Positions 1 through 15,834 are shown, numbered from the stretch's first letter. The stretch is 64,000 nucleotides of DNA from Eledone cirrhosa (GCA_964016885.1 OZ024740.1:332568001-332632000); one strand, 5' to 3'. Notes: a model not told the origin generated them from the sequence alone. A program made the numbers and translations.

Positions 1-249
1 AGATGGATAAATCTACGACTGACAAAATCAGGTGGCATTAGAAAGAAAGGGGGTAAGAAGGGGGGGGGGAGCAAATAAAAAGAGAAATGTAAAATGAAAG
101 GAAAACCAGAGATGAAGTTACCTTGGAATCAATTTATTAGTTCCTATATTACGTATTTCTCATCCATCATCTGGAAGGAATTTCGGAGGTTCTCGTATAG
201 TAATCTAAGTGACCGTGTCTTGCTAGTGTCATTCAAAGATCGTCAGGTT

Positions 250-1000
250 TAGCAGTCATAATTAAAGCGTGGATTGGAGTAACATGAAGGTTCCGCGCGT
301 TGTGCGAGTGTTATTTTTAACAATAGCAAATACTTCAGATTATGAAGCTCATGTATGACGCATAGTTGTGTACTGTTCAGATATCTCAAGCAATGCTGCT
401 GTTATAAAAGGATGGTCAGTCACTCCAAAATGAAGACAACCTCTCATGGATGCATGAAGCTAGCTCGTCTACTATATTCACTATCTACTCTTATTTGTAC
501 GTGTGTGGGCTCTGCATCGCAGGTGTGACTGGTCTCCTATCAATTCAACAAAGATACTACCAACTCAGTTCTATTTTCTCTTCCCTCCATTAATATTGCA
601 TCCACACAAAAGATTTGAATTAAGCAAAACATCCAATCCTTCTTTCCTGAATGTTGCTTGTCTACAAATATATCGCTAACCAGGTTTTTCCTGCAGCTGT
701 TGACTTGCAACAGTAGAAAGTGAAAGTTGAAAGCCATCAATCTGGCGAAACCTGAAAGGTTGGTGATATCCAATGGCATAGACCATAATAGTAAAATTAG
801 GCAGCAACAATATGTAATTTAAGGAGATAAAATGTAGGTTATCGTACGATTTAATAGAAAGAGCCGCGAAATATACCTCAAAACAGAGCCCAGCTACATA
901 GTGGAGCACCGTACTGGACCGTGCATTTTTAGAGGAATCTGGATGACCATACAAGCTCAATAATGGCTTTTCTCGAAATAATAATAGAAAAAGATATACT
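250..1000 (-). pseudogene. Possible heavily decayed hAT (Charlie/Buster-like) transposase remnant
   Basis: Minus-strand frames give 'NFTIMVY..PLDITNLSGFARLMAF', 'DIFVD' and 'DWMFCLIQIFCVDAILMEGRE', loosely matching the FxLQLDESTDIxNxAxLxxF / WxxCVxxCTDGAxxMxG blocks of Buster-type transposases. Many frameshifts; alignment by eye only. Confidence 0.3.
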
Positions 1001-1669
1001 CTAATGCCTCTGTTATGATTCTTATACTGACGCATAGCTAAGTCTCAGGAAAATTGTTCCACGAATTATGTTGCGAAAGCCAACATTCTGCTATCCATGA
1101 CATCGCTCTCAGTAGTGCGTTATACTCATCAAAGATAAAAACAGTTCCCTCTATTTGAATATAAAGAATACTTACTTAATTCAGGGATTTATCGGAAAAA
1201 ATCTCCCACTCGAAGAGGCACGTATTTTCATCTCTCTCCCTTTCCTTCTCTCCCATCTCTCTCTCTCTCCACACACACATAATCTATTCAAGCGAATTTA
1301 GATAAATGAGAGCTAAAAGTCTAATGGTTGTGAATCCCACTTTCCTGAAAGTTCAGCTATTGATTAGTAAAACAATCGACTTATGATATATTCAAAGGAA
1401 AGACAAGTCTTGCAAAAATAAATGAAACACGACATGTAGGGTTCACTGCACTGCAATGCATTTGGTGGAGCATTGTTGATGTAATATACGATATTCACGG
1501 ACATATATTGATTCAAAATGTGATACCAGTACTTATCCAATGTACTATTGCGTTCAAAAGCAATTAACTTTCTAAATCAGAGCAATTAAATTACATTTAA
1601 ATAAAGCTATCCATCACAAGAATAATAACTCATTATACAATCCACAGGAATAACAACTCGTAAAACAAT

Positions 1670-1743
<74 letters not shown>

Positions 1744-1931
1744 TTTATTGCTAAGGAAACAACAAAAATGATGGGCTACGCAGTTTTAAGATGCTATACT
1801 CTAAAATCGAAAATCATCTCGAAGGAAATAAGTATTGTCTCATTATCTGAAAGAAGTCATAAATTTCCTTTTTCTATTATAAAGATTGATGCGATCATTA
1901 ACGAAGAGGTATACGGCTTGACATTCTTCAG

Positions 1932-2180
1932 TGAATAACAACAACAACAACAGCAACAACAACAACAATATTGATAATAATAACAATTGTAATATTAATA
2001 GTAACAATAATGATAATTATAATAAAAATGAAAAGCATAACATCAACAACAATAATATTTATAATAATGCTAATAATAATAAACACAACAACGAAAACAA
2101 CAAAATATAACAGCAATAAAAATATCAATTATTATAAGAAATAATGACATACATAAAAATAATAATAACTGCAACAATAA
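1932..2180. repeat. Degenerate (AAC/AAT)n trinucleotide low-complexity tract
   Basis: Directly visible; explains ORF 1928..2128. Confidence 0.9.
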
Positions 2181-3977
2181 TATTTACTACTGTATAGATC
2201 AAAATGAAAGGATCACGAAAATTTGGAATGTCGAACATATAGAGTGATTTAGAATTTCGCAGTGATATTTGCGTACAACCAACGTTAATCAAAATCATAT
2301 CTTCTATCAGCTTTTATTACCAAACACTAAGCCATATGTATAGAAGAAGCTCGCAGCACAGTAATTTTGCTACTCCTTTGTTACTCTTCCCAATCGCATA
2401 TATTTTAATTGAAGGCATAACATCCTATGTCATTCTAGCTTTCCTTTTCAGTGAGGTACTTTTGGAAGTTGACGAATATTTAACAAGAAGACACATACCG
2501 TCTCTAATTATTTCAACCAACTCCAACAGAGTTTCAATCATCATATACTTCAGGTATTGTTTTATATACTCCGTAAATTTCACAAAATTTGCAATAGATG
2601 TTTTAAATAGCAACTTCAGACAGTTAACGTTGCGATGTCACAACACTTTGGGAATATCTTACCTACCAGGCACAGTCTCTCTATATAAATTTGTTTACTT
2701 TGAGCTATCTTAAATTGTTTGATATACTATATTCATACAATAAATAGCATTATAGTTCATGCCTTGTTGACGTTGAAAATCAAAGACTATGTTTGAATTA
2801 TTTCAATATATATATACTGATGAATTTCTCACTTCAAAACGTTTTATCGCTGGTGCGTTCTAAATTAAGTATATTTGTCACAAATTTGTTTTCAGGCTTC
2901 ACTATTTATTAGCTGAATAACTCTCATTGAATCATTTAAGAATATATATAGACGATAACTTCAACAACATGCAAGCACATATAGCTCACTTTCTCAATTA
3001 TAACATATTACCCTTCACTTAGTTTTTAAAATCTGCTTTTATATTATCATTTAATAAATCAAGTTATATGAAGAGTAACTTATAGGAATCTAATTTGTTT
3101 TGGTTTTATATAAGGCTGCTTAAATAAATTCCAGCATTGATAAAATGTAGTATTATTAATAAATATATCATTATTGTTTAAGAGACTTATTACCAATAAA
3201 CATTTATCGAAAGATTAACTCCACGTTACAATATATTTAGAACTATGATCCACTAAATCCTATTAGACACAATTAATACATGGTTTTGATTTTGCAAATA
3301 TGTGTGAATATATAACAGATTTTGCATAATTTGATAATTAGCTCATTAAATATCAATCGAAATCATCCTGCTAAGTTTATTTTCTTCTCGGTATTTAGTC
3401 CCAATACACTATGTAAATATGTAAAAAATTTCAATTTTAATCGTCCACAGCCAGTGTCATCAATCTGTGATGAACATTAAGAGATCTCTCAAGGTCCCAT
3501 CTAATTACATTTTAAGTAACCACTGATGTCACAATTCCATTCGGAGTGAAAATCAAGCAAATGAATGCATTCAACTGCCGTGTCAATAGTAATAGTACGA
3601 TGGAAAAATAAGTTCACAAAAGTTGACCCCCGCTTATATTTAGTAGATTCTGTTTGAAGGTATCCGATTTGAGGATATCTTACTTTCAATGAATAACAAT
3701 AGAGTCGATATCCATTAGCATTATGTCGCATCTAGCTAAATAATTTCATTATTATATTATTTAAAGCTTCTTTATTACAAAAACAAAACATATTGCTCGT
3801 AGTCTCTCACGGCGATGCGACATTTCACACAAACCTAATTAATAAATATTTCATGTTTAAATCTCAAAGGACACAGAGAATAATGTAACTCCCAAGTTTA
3901 CATACAAACAAATTGGTCACGACCATATAGCAATTTCTAACTCATGTTTGCACTAAGCAAAGTTGACCTTAAGTAAA

Positions 3978-4083
3978 TCGTCATCATCATCATCATCATC
4001 ATCGTCATCATCATCATCATCATCATCCTCATAAACAACATCATCACCATCATCATCATCAGCAACAACAACTACAACAGCAA
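3978..4083. repeat. (CAT)n microsatellite
   Basis: Directly visible. Confidence 0.9.
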
Positions 4084-4590
4084 TGCCCTATCTTTCTCTT
4101 TTGGTCTGTAGTGTAGTGTAAACTATACTATAGAAATAGATTACAGTGTATACCGAACCGAAGAAACCCAGACATGAAAATATTACTATTTCATTAGATT
4201 ATTCCGATTATTAGTGATACTGTATACAGACATTTTAAAAATGAAAGATCAGAACATCGTTCACCATCAATCACAGTCAGGAAATAATTTCTTACTTGAT
4301 AATTTAAATAAAACATGACAGACGAAACAGCATTAAAATATACGCGGTCATCAGAATATACGTAAACATCACGAGAACAGTCATAAACTTATAATTAAGT
4401 TAATTCTCAGGAGTGGTGTACAATTATTAAACACAACCTTACAGTATCTATAACTAAATTTCATTAAAAAAAATTCTACTTCGCATTGCCGTATAATGGT
4501 GTAACATAATTTCAACAAATTAATATCAGATTTGACATTGCTCACACAAATATATACACATTAAACACACACAACCACACACACGCACAC

Positions 4591-4630
<40 letters not shown>

Positions 4631-4631
4631 G

Positions 4632-4713
<82 letters not shown>

Positions 4714-4949
4714 ATTCTGTTGAGAACTGAATTCGTTTTGTGATATTTTGCAATTTGCAATAATAACCACATACTGAATTCATCCGCCAAAACTAGGGGT
4801 TACCCCCCTTGTCGAGCCCCACGTGGGTTTTGATAACGGTCAGTCCTTGGTTTGGCACTTGAACTAAAAGCCTGTTGAGAAAGTGACTTCCTTGTTCAAT
4901 CATCTTACCAAAAGCTTAACATTATTTGTCTAAGCAGAATTTGTCTAAG

Positions 4950-5137
4950 GGCGGTGAATTGGCAGTATCGGTAGAGGGTTGGACGCCATGCTTTGATGCA
5001 TAGAGTTACCGCCCTTGCCATTCTGAGTTCAAATCCCGCCTAGGTTAACTTTGCCTTTCATCCTTACGGGGTCGATAAAATAAAGTACCAGTAATGCACT
5101 GGGATAATTGCTGGCCTTGTGCCAAAAGTAGAAACAA
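4950..5137 (+). mobile_element. tRNA-derived SINE family A (octopus-type), full length
   Basis: A-box-like TGGCAGTATCGG, B-box GAGTTCAAATCC, body 'tttgcctttcatccttacggggtcgataaaataaagtaccagt' recurring at least 8 times in the window. Flanked by duplicated atttgtctaag (4939-4949 / 5140-5150). Confidence 0.85.
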
Positions 5138-5442
5138 TTATTTGTCTAAGCAGACAGTACCTCATTTAGGAGTTGCAGAAACCCAACAGCTGCTGTATTT
5201 TACCAACCTTTCAGGGGTCCGGGTATAATTTTCAATCATATTTTATTTGTTTGACCCGAATTACTTGGTCGTTTCTATGGCTGTGCGGATAATGATTTAA
5301 CCATCGTCTCAGTGTCTTTGGCCATTTAACTTATGTTGTAGCTCTAGTTCACTAGCTTCTATGGAGCGCTTGCCACACATCTCTGAAGTTGTTTTTCACT
5401 AATTTCCAATAGGCAAAATGCGATTCTCGCTTATTTATATTT

Positions 5443-5526
<84 letters not shown>

Positions 5527-5919
5527 ATTGGATACTTAGTAAAATCGAATCTCTGACGGTGTGCAAGCAAATTCGGCCTACTATGTGAATGAGTTAGCAA
5601 AGCACTCGACAAATCTAACACACGATATACCAAATAACGAAAGAACTAACAGTTTGAGAAAAATACACCTGGACAATTTAAACGTTATACGTTTAAAGTG
5701 TTTCTATGAATCCGAAATCAAATATCAGACTTACGTAACTGGCAGGTTCGTGGTATTCCTGATCAAACAGAGGATATAGTTCATCAACAGGTTTTCGTTC
5801 TACCCAAGAACGGGGCGAGAAGATAAATGTTGTCGCTAGATGCGGCATATCGTATATTTAGTTGTCACGTGTTATTTCCACGTGTTATTATATATATATA
5901 TATATATATATATAGGTAC

Positions 5920-6231
<312 letters not shown>

Positions 6232-7606
6232 GCCTATATATATATATCTGTAGAAATAGTATCCAACTTTATTGTTTCCCAACGAAGTTAATGACGTTAT
6301 TCAGATAAAATATGCAGTGTACAGCCACATACATACATTCATGGTTTTTGGCGAGCCCGCTAGATGAGTTATTTACTGCTAGATATCAAGTACGTGAGCT
6401 GCTGTCCTAGTTACCCGGAACATTTTAATTTCGCCTGTTACTGCCAACAATGTAGCTAGCTTTTGAATGTTATGGTAAATGGTGATGAGACGTAGGTGTA
6501 AGAGCACCATCAAAACCCGAAGCTTATTCACCACGTCTCCATGACATAGCTAACTGTTTTCTTTTACCACCAAAATAATGCTGACTGTTTTTTTTTTCGA
6601 TTCCTGAGTTATGCGCCACATATCTACACAACGATGACAAACAACTACAAAGGAGTAAAATGAATATATCATCCGACGTCGCAAAACTACATCACAAACA
6701 TGTGCTGTAGCTGTTAATTTTAAGGTAACATAGAATTTAAATTCATAATTCGCCCAATACTTCAATATTGACCTCTCATCGGTCGCTGGAGAAAATTACG
6801 AATAAAAATATTTGACCGACTATATTTTATTTTATACAGTACAGAGCCCCTTCTGAGGAGAAGGGAAATAATTCTGGAGTGCTGTATTTCTCGTTCTTAA
6901 ATTATATGGGTGTAAAATGCGTGTCACTTGACTTCCGAGCTAATTATCTAAAAAAAAATACGAGATGCTTTCGAAACGAGATCGTAGAATGTTGCATCTG
7001 AGAGACCAATTGAGGCTCATTTTTGGTTATAGTTTATAATGTATGTTTGTAATTTATATTGCGTGAAATTTATATTGCAAATATTTAAGTATGTTAATCC
7101 TCCTCATATTTAAAACTTGAATATGTAAAATAAAAAATGGTTGATCCTTTGTGAGATTGATGTGTGCAATATGCCGTTGTAATACGAAAACGTAATATGC
7201 CATATATTTCTGAGCAGTAATGAAATGGTAGAAAGTAGTAGCATGTTATCATTTTAATGGAGGCGATGTATACAAAGATACTCATATCTATATTATATTT
7301 ATCTTGAATATTCTTATATACAGATATATAAATTAGGGGTGATGTACTGAATGATGTAAACAAAACCTAATTAATTGACTTTATATGTATATATGCATGC
7401 ATGTATATTGGCGTGTGTTTATTCGAGTGTTTTGGTGCTTACACATCTCTGTATGGAAGACTGTTAGTATTTGTAGATTTTATCATTTTATATGCCGTTC
7501 CGATAACCAATATTTTAGTGTGCATAGATAATATATATTTCATCTAAATTGATAAATGTAATGATAATAACCTGTTTTGTGAGCATAATATATATATGTA
7601 TATATG

Positions 7607-7726
<120 letters not shown>

Positions 7727-10459
7727 TTTGTGTTTTGTGTGTAAATGATTTCGTGTGTATAAGTTTGTGTCCGTATTTGTCTGTGTATGTACGCTATTAT
7801 GTTATACACAGCCATTTCCCAATAGAATTTATGGCTTTGCTTTGATCTTTTGTTGGCTGATATGACACCGTTTGTTTCCTTTACGGTTGCAAGCCTCGTA
7901 AAATAGTATATAAATATGAACTGATAAAAGCTACTGGTGGCAATGTCTGGAATTTCGTGTGAAATATCACCACATGACCTGACTGGGTGAAATACGACAT
8001 AGTCTTTGGATCATTGCTATTTTTTATGTTGCCATTGTTGATATAAGTACATTTATATAATTTTGCTAAGTACCTCCATAGACTTGGGCTTCATCTTTGT
8101 AATCTCCCTCATCACTCTTTGCCTTTGCAATTATTCTTATCAAATTTTGGCAGCTGATTTGTGGAATGCCTGAAGAAATGCTTTGCAAGATTTAGCTATG
8201 TAGCTTTAAAATCACGCTCAAATCAATTTTCTGTTCACATATTCTGTCAGAGATAAATGTAAAATACCTACCAGATATTTTAGACAGCCTTTTGAATCAC
8301 CTGTATATATTGAATCGAAGAATATACCTTTACAAAATGCGCCTTGCTATTAAAGAAAAACATTGGATGGTAAAAGCAGTACAGAGACTCGAGATATGCA
8401 TTGGGGTTTAAACATCGTGCACGTGTTGCTAGAGACGCTATTAAAATATAATATCTAATTGCACTATCTATTGATATCATTAATACCCAATTGTTAATTT
8501 CTTTCCACTAAACATGAAACTCATGCTCGCTATAAATGTTACGCTGACCTATATAGACGAAAGTATAAAGGTCAATTTGAACCCACAATGGAATTAATGG
8601 TATTTTCTGGATCGAGCTGTGGCTACAATCAGAAACATCCTAGACTAAATTCAGAAGACCAGCCTTATTGCACACTGTTCCATACTGAATATCTGTGAGA
8701 CCTACGTTAAGTGTGTAGCGAATGCTACTATATGGATTCTCATTTCGTCATGGTCTGAACTATATTATGCTTTCTTAAATACAGAATTTATTTTCTAGAA
8801 ACATTGGCAAAATGTTCACTAGAAATATAAAACTAACCTATATCATAATTTGAAGGATTGGGAGTATATTATTTCTATATACATTGCGTGTTCGTTGGAA
8901 TATATATACATATATATGAGAAAGTATAAAGACGCGCAGGCGTTTGTGTGTAAAAAGAGAGGGGCTATGTATTTAAAGTCCAGTTATTTTTGCTTAAGTG
9001 GGGTTATGACAATATTGGTAGAGATCGATGAACCAATTATGCAATGAGATTATTCACAGGAAAATGAATAAGGATGATAAAGATACGTTTGATATAAGAT
9101 CGGGGATTTGAAATAAATAAATGTGGAGTACTTAAATGTATTGTTTTGATGTCTATATTCTAGAAACTGCAATCGCACCATAACAATCAGGGTTGGAGTT
9201 GGGTCAAGTCACCTTTACTTATAATGATGGGAATTTTATTAGAATCCAGGGGCCTAAGGTTGGTCATATGTGTGGCCAAGTGAGTTTGACCATTGTTTTG
9301 TGCTGAATATGCTTGAGAATGCTATGAAATTATGTTTATATATTTGCGACAGTTTATTTACTTGTATCCTATTAGATACACCGGGAGAATGAATAATAAC
9401 AGAGACTTGAAAACGAGAGATAAACAATAAACGAAACAATAAAAGACATAAAAAAACTTGCAGACACTTAATAGAAATAATAAAGAAGAATAAGTCAAAT
9501 ATTAAAACTTCTAATGTAGTATACTAATGTTAACTTTTAAGTGACACAACGTAGCTGGCAATAAAATAGTTCTGACTATTAAAGTGTACTTTGTTTACAT
9601 CTATCTCTGTATGTATCTAGTTTTATTTTAATGGCTTTGACTGAAAAAATGGTTATGGCCATGATCTTCGCAAACAACTCGACAACCGGGTATTCTTGTT
9701 CAAAACAATAAGTAAGTGGCACAGAATAATCACGGGAGATGTGAGATAACAAGGAAATGATTTAGGTGAGATAGGAATGGAACTAAAGATTAATGCCGCA
9801 TCTAGAGTGCCACACAATGTTTTGGCTAAATACGCAATGTTTTCTACTCACTATTGTCTTCCATATCATTCTTTTTTCACCATTAAAAAGGCACACGTAT
9901 ACATAAACTCACAATCACACACACCAAAACCCACAGACTCGAACACACACGTATCTTTATAACTAAAATATCTACCTCATTTTCTTTCATTAAATCGTTC
10001 GCTTTCTTTATCTCATTGTAAGTCGACGTACAGATGGCTGCCACAAAACCGACAGGAATCAGGCAGCTGAGGTAATTATGTGGATATCGTGTGAAAGACT
10101 TCCTTAAGCAAATGTGAATATATGAATATATATATATACATACACACACATATGCATACACACACATATATATATACATACACACACATTGCAGATGATA
10201 TGGTGTTTATATGTAGATGTTATGCTATAACGTCACGAGGATAAGCCTATTCAAGTGATCCATAAGCACTTCAAGTCAATAGTTTGTCCCAGCGAAAGTC
10301 TGGTGATTAGTGATGACGGGGTGTTTATTTATTAATGAAATGTTGTTAAGACGATGTTACTTTACCATAATTGCTTAATTGCATGATATATATTTCTCAT
10401 CAAATCATTATGCGTAGATATGCAATAATGAAGATATATCGTGGTCTTGGATTACCAAT

Positions 10460-10611
<152 letters not shown>

Positions 10612-10752
10612 TTAAAGGTTAAACAAGGTTTCAATGAATAAATCAAAGAATTAATTTTACAATAGATTGGAAGCACTCAGCAGTTTAAGTTTTCCGGAGT
10701 TTTTAATATTAATTCAAGATATTAACAAAATAGAACTTCTTGTGATCAAGTA

Positions 10753-10815
10753 TATTTTATTATACATATTTCAGAGGTAGCTAACTTCAACAGTACGTCC
10801 TCATCAGATAAAATA
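10753..10815 (-). ncRNA. Minimal type I hammerhead ribozyme (left-arm copy, 4-nt deletion in stem II)
   Basis: Reverse complement of 15707-15773, lacking 4 nt of the 3' strand of stem II. Confidence 0.6.
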
Positions 10816-11697
10816 AGATGATGCATGACATACCCTGACATAGTAGATGGTTAAGATCCAGTCATGGTAGTGAGTAAGATATGACAAAACTCAATATTTA
10901 TATACCTTAAGTTTGAAACATGAACAAACTTACATATAATACATATAATACAGAGGGTGCGTGTAAGAAGCTTAAAAATACATAACAGTAATTTACATAA
11001 CTGTTAGAGATTCAAATAATTATTGAAGAAAGAGGAAAGAAAAAGAGACAGAGATAAAACAGATGAGAGCAAAAGAGAATTGATCAAGGAAAGGGAGACA
11101 AAGAGGAATAATTATAATTATAGGGATTATATATATCTATACATAACTATACATTTGGGCATAACTATGCGATAGAGTAAACCCGAATCATTGAATTATT
11201 GAATTATCTAGAAATATTCATCAATCTAAATCCTAAATATAATTGGGTGTAATCAATAAAGGTTAATTTCTTTAGTTAATTAGTTATATATACTATCCAA
11301 ACGTATCCTGTTGACCGTTAACTTTCAAATCATTTAAATTAGTTCAGAGTAATGAATTAATTAAAGTGTATAATATTTCAGGCTATAAAAGTTTATAAAT
11401 ATCTGTATTAATGTTAAAGTATACTATCATATTTAATTTATAAAATCATATTTTATGAATTCATATTTGAACTATTTGCAAACATGAGGCAGAAAACATG
11501 CTATTTTTCATCCTCTCGAAGGTAAATCTTAATAATGTTATTATAATATATATAATTATTTATATTATATTGAAGATAATTCGCATTATATAATTTATAA
11601 AATAATTACAGTTATAATAAAAAAAAAATCAGATTAACAATTAGAATACCTTAAATCATCAAAAGGCCTTATAATTAAACTTAAACAAATTTATTTT

Positions 11698-11792
11698 GAC
11701 TTTGCCTTTCATCCTTACGGGGTCGATAAAATAAAGTACCAGTAATGCACTGGGTAATTGCTGGCCTTGTGCCTAAAGTAGACAAAATTATT
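11698..11792 (+). mobile_element. 5'-truncated SINE family A inserted into the left palindrome arm only
   Basis: Matches the 3' half of 4950-5137; absent from the mirror position (~14815) in the right arm. Confidence 0.85.
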
Positions 11793-13289
11793 AAATTAGA
11801 TATATGCATTTGTCTAAATATAAACAAAGATTATATTGTCTAAAGATTAAGATGATACCTATCATTTATATATAACATAATATAATACAATAAATAAGTT
11901 ACTGATAATATTGTTAAAATTAAGGTTTTAGATCAATTATTATAATGAGGTCATGTAACACATATATAATATAAATATACAAGTCAAACTTCTTGAATCA
12001 TACGGATAAGAATCTGCTTCAAAGTAAAAAAGTGAATTGTCTGAGATCTTAGGTTTTCTTTATAAATTTATATAGTAGTATAATGTGTCTGCAAACATGA
12101 AAAAGAGAAAGCCTAAGGATTTCATTGACCCGAAGGTAAGCTAAATTTAATTAAATCAAATAAAATAATAATCGTTATATAACTTAGAAAATTTAGAAAA
12201 TATTTAGAACATATTTAACGATTATAACACTAGAAAGTCATTAAAGTATCTAAAGTACTTATAAATGTAACTAGAAGCATGATATTATACTAGATATAGA
12301 GATTTGTTCAAATATAAATAGAGTATTCCATATATTAGTGATCGATATACATATAATAAATAATTAGTACAATCATTGTTAGTAATGTTATAATTGAAGT
12401 TTTACATCAAGATAAGTGGAAAAAAGTTTGTCGACTAGTATGGTGTGTGCTGATATACCGTAAATATATATAAATAAACATTCTTCCTGAATCGTTAAAC
12501 ACTCCAAATGAATAAATATACAAAAAACCTAAATGCATGAATGATTTACGGTACATTATAATTGTTAAAGGTATAAGCCATATATTTTTAAAAAGATATA
12601 CAAGAATCCCAGTCAAAAATTAAATATATCGTAACAATCAAAAGATATGCACATTCCTCAAGAGATCATGTTAACCAATAATATGTTTATATACCTAAAC
12701 AGGACCCTTTAATCTAACATTAATCATTAATCATATCATAAAAGAATTAAAAAATCAAAATTATTAAATTTTTATAATCTGTTATAACGTTTTAGGTACT
12801 CAGTTGATAATAGACGTCAAAAATTAGAACCTGCTTATTTAGTGTTTTTTCCTGACTTTTTGCAAGGCTTGGAATGTAGATAAAGCTTTATGAAGGAAGT
12901 TTGAGAATAATTCACTCTTTTTGTTAATTAAATTTTCACAATCAATAATAATTAAAAGGGTCTCCATGGTACAGAGGTTGCAGTTAGGTGATATTGACGA
13001 ATTCAAATAAATTCTACTATTACATAACTTCGCCCAAGAAATCGAGTATTTTAAGTTTTTGTCTTTTAATGACCATATAAGTTGTGATAAAGAAGTCGAA
13101 TATTTCCTATTAGGATTCGAAAAAGAGCATTTGTGATTCGCAAATCTTGATTTAAATGTCGAAGAAGTTGCATCTATATAGTTGCATGTAATGTTATTTG
13201 TTTTTACGGTATATTTATATACCAGATTGCTATCAAGACAGTTATTTTGCAGAGGGCAATCTGGTCTATTTCTTCAATTACACTTCGAT

Positions 13290-13678
13290 TTATTGTTATT
13301 ACTATAAATTGTACTATTTACATTAACATTATTAGTATTCCGAAATGTCTGTTGGTTGCGATGTTCTTCGACATTTAAATCAAGATTTGCGAATTACATA
13401 TGCTCTTTTTCGAATCCTAATAGGAAATCTTCGACTTCTTTATCACAACTTATATGGTCATTAAAAGACAAAAACTTAAAATAATCGATTTCTTGGGCGA
13501 AGTTATGTAATAGTAGAATTTATTTGAATTCGTGAATATCACCTAACTGCAACCTCTGTACCATGGAGACCCTTTTTGTGAAAATTTTATTAACAAAAAG
13601 AGTGAATTATTCTCAAACTGACTTCATAAAGCTTTGTCTACATTCCAAGCCTCGCAAAAAGTCAGGAAAAAACACTAA
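13290..13678 (+). pseudogene. Decayed PLE GIY-YIG endonuclease C-terminus
   Basis: Translates SSTFKSRFANYICSFSNPNRKSSTSLSQLIWSLKDKNLK*SISW...CNLCTMET...NKKSELFSN*LHK, collinear with FKQRL..HSF..TSLSAYIWSLKD..W..CDLC..E..LNKKSE..CKH of the 20243-21178 ORF. Confidence 0.85.
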
Positions 13679-15706
13679 ATAAGCAGGTTCTAATTGTTGA
13701 CGTCTATTATCAACTGTGTACCGAAAACGTTATAACAGATTATAAAACTTTAATAATTTTGATTTTTTAATTCTTTTATGTTAATGTTAGATTAAATGGT
13801 CCTGTTTAGGTATATAAACATATTATTGGTTAACATGATCTCTTGAGGAATGTGCATATCTTTTGATTGTTAAGATATATTTAATTTTTGACTGGGATTC
13901 TTGTATATTTTTTTAAAATATATGGCTTATACGTTTAACAATTATAATGTACAGTAAATCATTCATGCATTTATGTTTTTGTATATTTTTTCATTTGGAG
14001 TGTTTTACGATTGAGGAATTTTGATTTATATATTTTTATTTAAATATATTTACGGTATATGCATCACACACCATACTAGTCGACAAACTTTTCCCACTTA
14101 TCTTGATGTAAAACTTCAATTATAACATTACTAAAAATGATTGTACTAATTATTTATGATATGTATATCGATCACTAATATCTGGAATACACTATTTATA
14201 TTTGAACAAATCTCTATATCTAGTATATCATGCTTCTAGTTACATTTATAAGTACTTTAAATACTTTAATGACATTCTAGTGTTATAATCGTTAAATATT
14301 TTCTAAATATGTTCTAAACTCTCTAAGTTATATAAGGATTATTATTGATAAGTACTTTAGATACTTTAATGATTTTCTAGTGTTATAATCGTTAAATATG
14401 TTCTAAATATTTTATAAATTTTCTAAGTTTTATAACGATTATTATTTAATTTAATTTAATTAAATTTGGCTTACCTTCGGGTCAATGAAATCTTTAGGCT
14501 TTCTCTTTCTAATGTTTGCAGACACATTATACTACTATATAAAGAAATCCTAAGATCGCAGACAATTCACTTTTTTACTTTGAATCAGATTCTTATCCGT
14601 ATGATTCAAGAAGTTTGACTTGTATATTTATAGTATATATGTGTTACATGACCTTATTATAATAATTGATATAAAACCTTAATTTTTAACAATATTATCA
14701 GTAACTTATTTATTGTATTATATTTTGTTATATATAAATGATAGGTATCACCTTAATCTTTAGACAATATAATCTTTGTTTATATTTAGACAAATGCATA
14801 TATCTAATTTAATAATAAACTTTTTTTAAGTTTAATTATAAGGCCTTTTGATGCGTTAAGGCATTCTAATTGTTAATCTTTTAAATTATAGCTCTAATTA
14901 TTTTATAAATTATATAATGCGAATTATCTTCAATATAATATAAATAATTATATATATTATAATAACATTATTAAGATTTACCTTCGAGAGGATGAAATAT
15001 AGCATGTTTTCTCTCTCATGTTTGCAAATAGTTTAAATATGAATTCATAAAATATGATTTTATAAATTAAATATGATAGTATACTTTAACATTAATACAG
15101 ATATTTATAAACTTTTATAGCCTGAAATATTATACACTTTAATACTAAACTAACTTAAATGATTTGAAAGTTAACGGTCAACAGGATACATTTGGATAGT
15201 ATATATAACTAATTAACTAAGAAAATTAACCTTTATTGATTACACCCACTTATATTTAGGATTTAGATTGATGAATATTTCTAGATAATTCAATAATTCA
15301 ATGATTCGAGTTTACTCTATTGCAATAGCTATGCCCAAATGTATAGTTATGTATAGATATATATAATCCCTATAATTATGATTATTCCTCTTTGTCTCCC
15401 TTTCCTTGATCAATTCTCTTTTTCTCTCTATACCTCTTCTAGCTATATTTTACCCTCATGTTTTTTATCTCTGTCTTTTTTCTTTCCTCTTTCTTCAATA
15501 ATTATTTGAATTTCTAACAATTATGTAAATTACTGTTATGTATTTTTAAGCTTTCTTACACTCACCCTCTGTATTATATGTATTATATGTCAGTTTTTTC
15601 ATGTATCAATGTTAAGGTATATACATATTGAGTTTTGTCATAACTTACTCACTACCATGATTGGACCTTAACCATCTACTATGTCAGGGTATGTCATGCA
15701 TCATCT

Positions 15707-15773
15707 TATTTTATCTGATGAGGACGTACTGTTGAAGTTAGCTCAGTACCTCTGAAATATGTATAATAAAATA
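15707..15773 (+). ncRNA. Minimal type I hammerhead ribozyme in PLE pLTR
   Basis: Stem I tattttat/ataaaata (8 bp); core CTGATGA 15715-15721; stem II gga-c-gtactg/cagtac-c-tct; GAAA 15754-15757; quasi-palindromic stem III ATATGTAT; AUA cleavage triplet. Confidence 0.8.
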
Positions 15774-15834
15774 TACTTGATCAAAGGAAGTTCTATTTTT
15801 GTTAATATTTTGAATTAATATATTATATATACAT

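Larger units (their letters stand above)
10706..15821. mobile_element. 5.1-kb inverted repeat: 5'-truncated PLE (endonuclease end + ~2.1-kb AT-rich 3' pLTR) preceded by its own inverted copy
   Basis: Left arm 10706-13166 is the reverse complement of right arm 13364-15821 (collinear, scattered substitutions), with a 197-bp spacer. The right arm encodes a GIY-YIG C-terminus and ends in an HHR. Confidence 0.9.

Noticed and set aside
2811-2850. Isolated CTGATGA (similar isolated hits near 26845, 35325, 50221 and 52589)
   Set aside because: No supporting stem I/II/III with GAAA; expected by chance.
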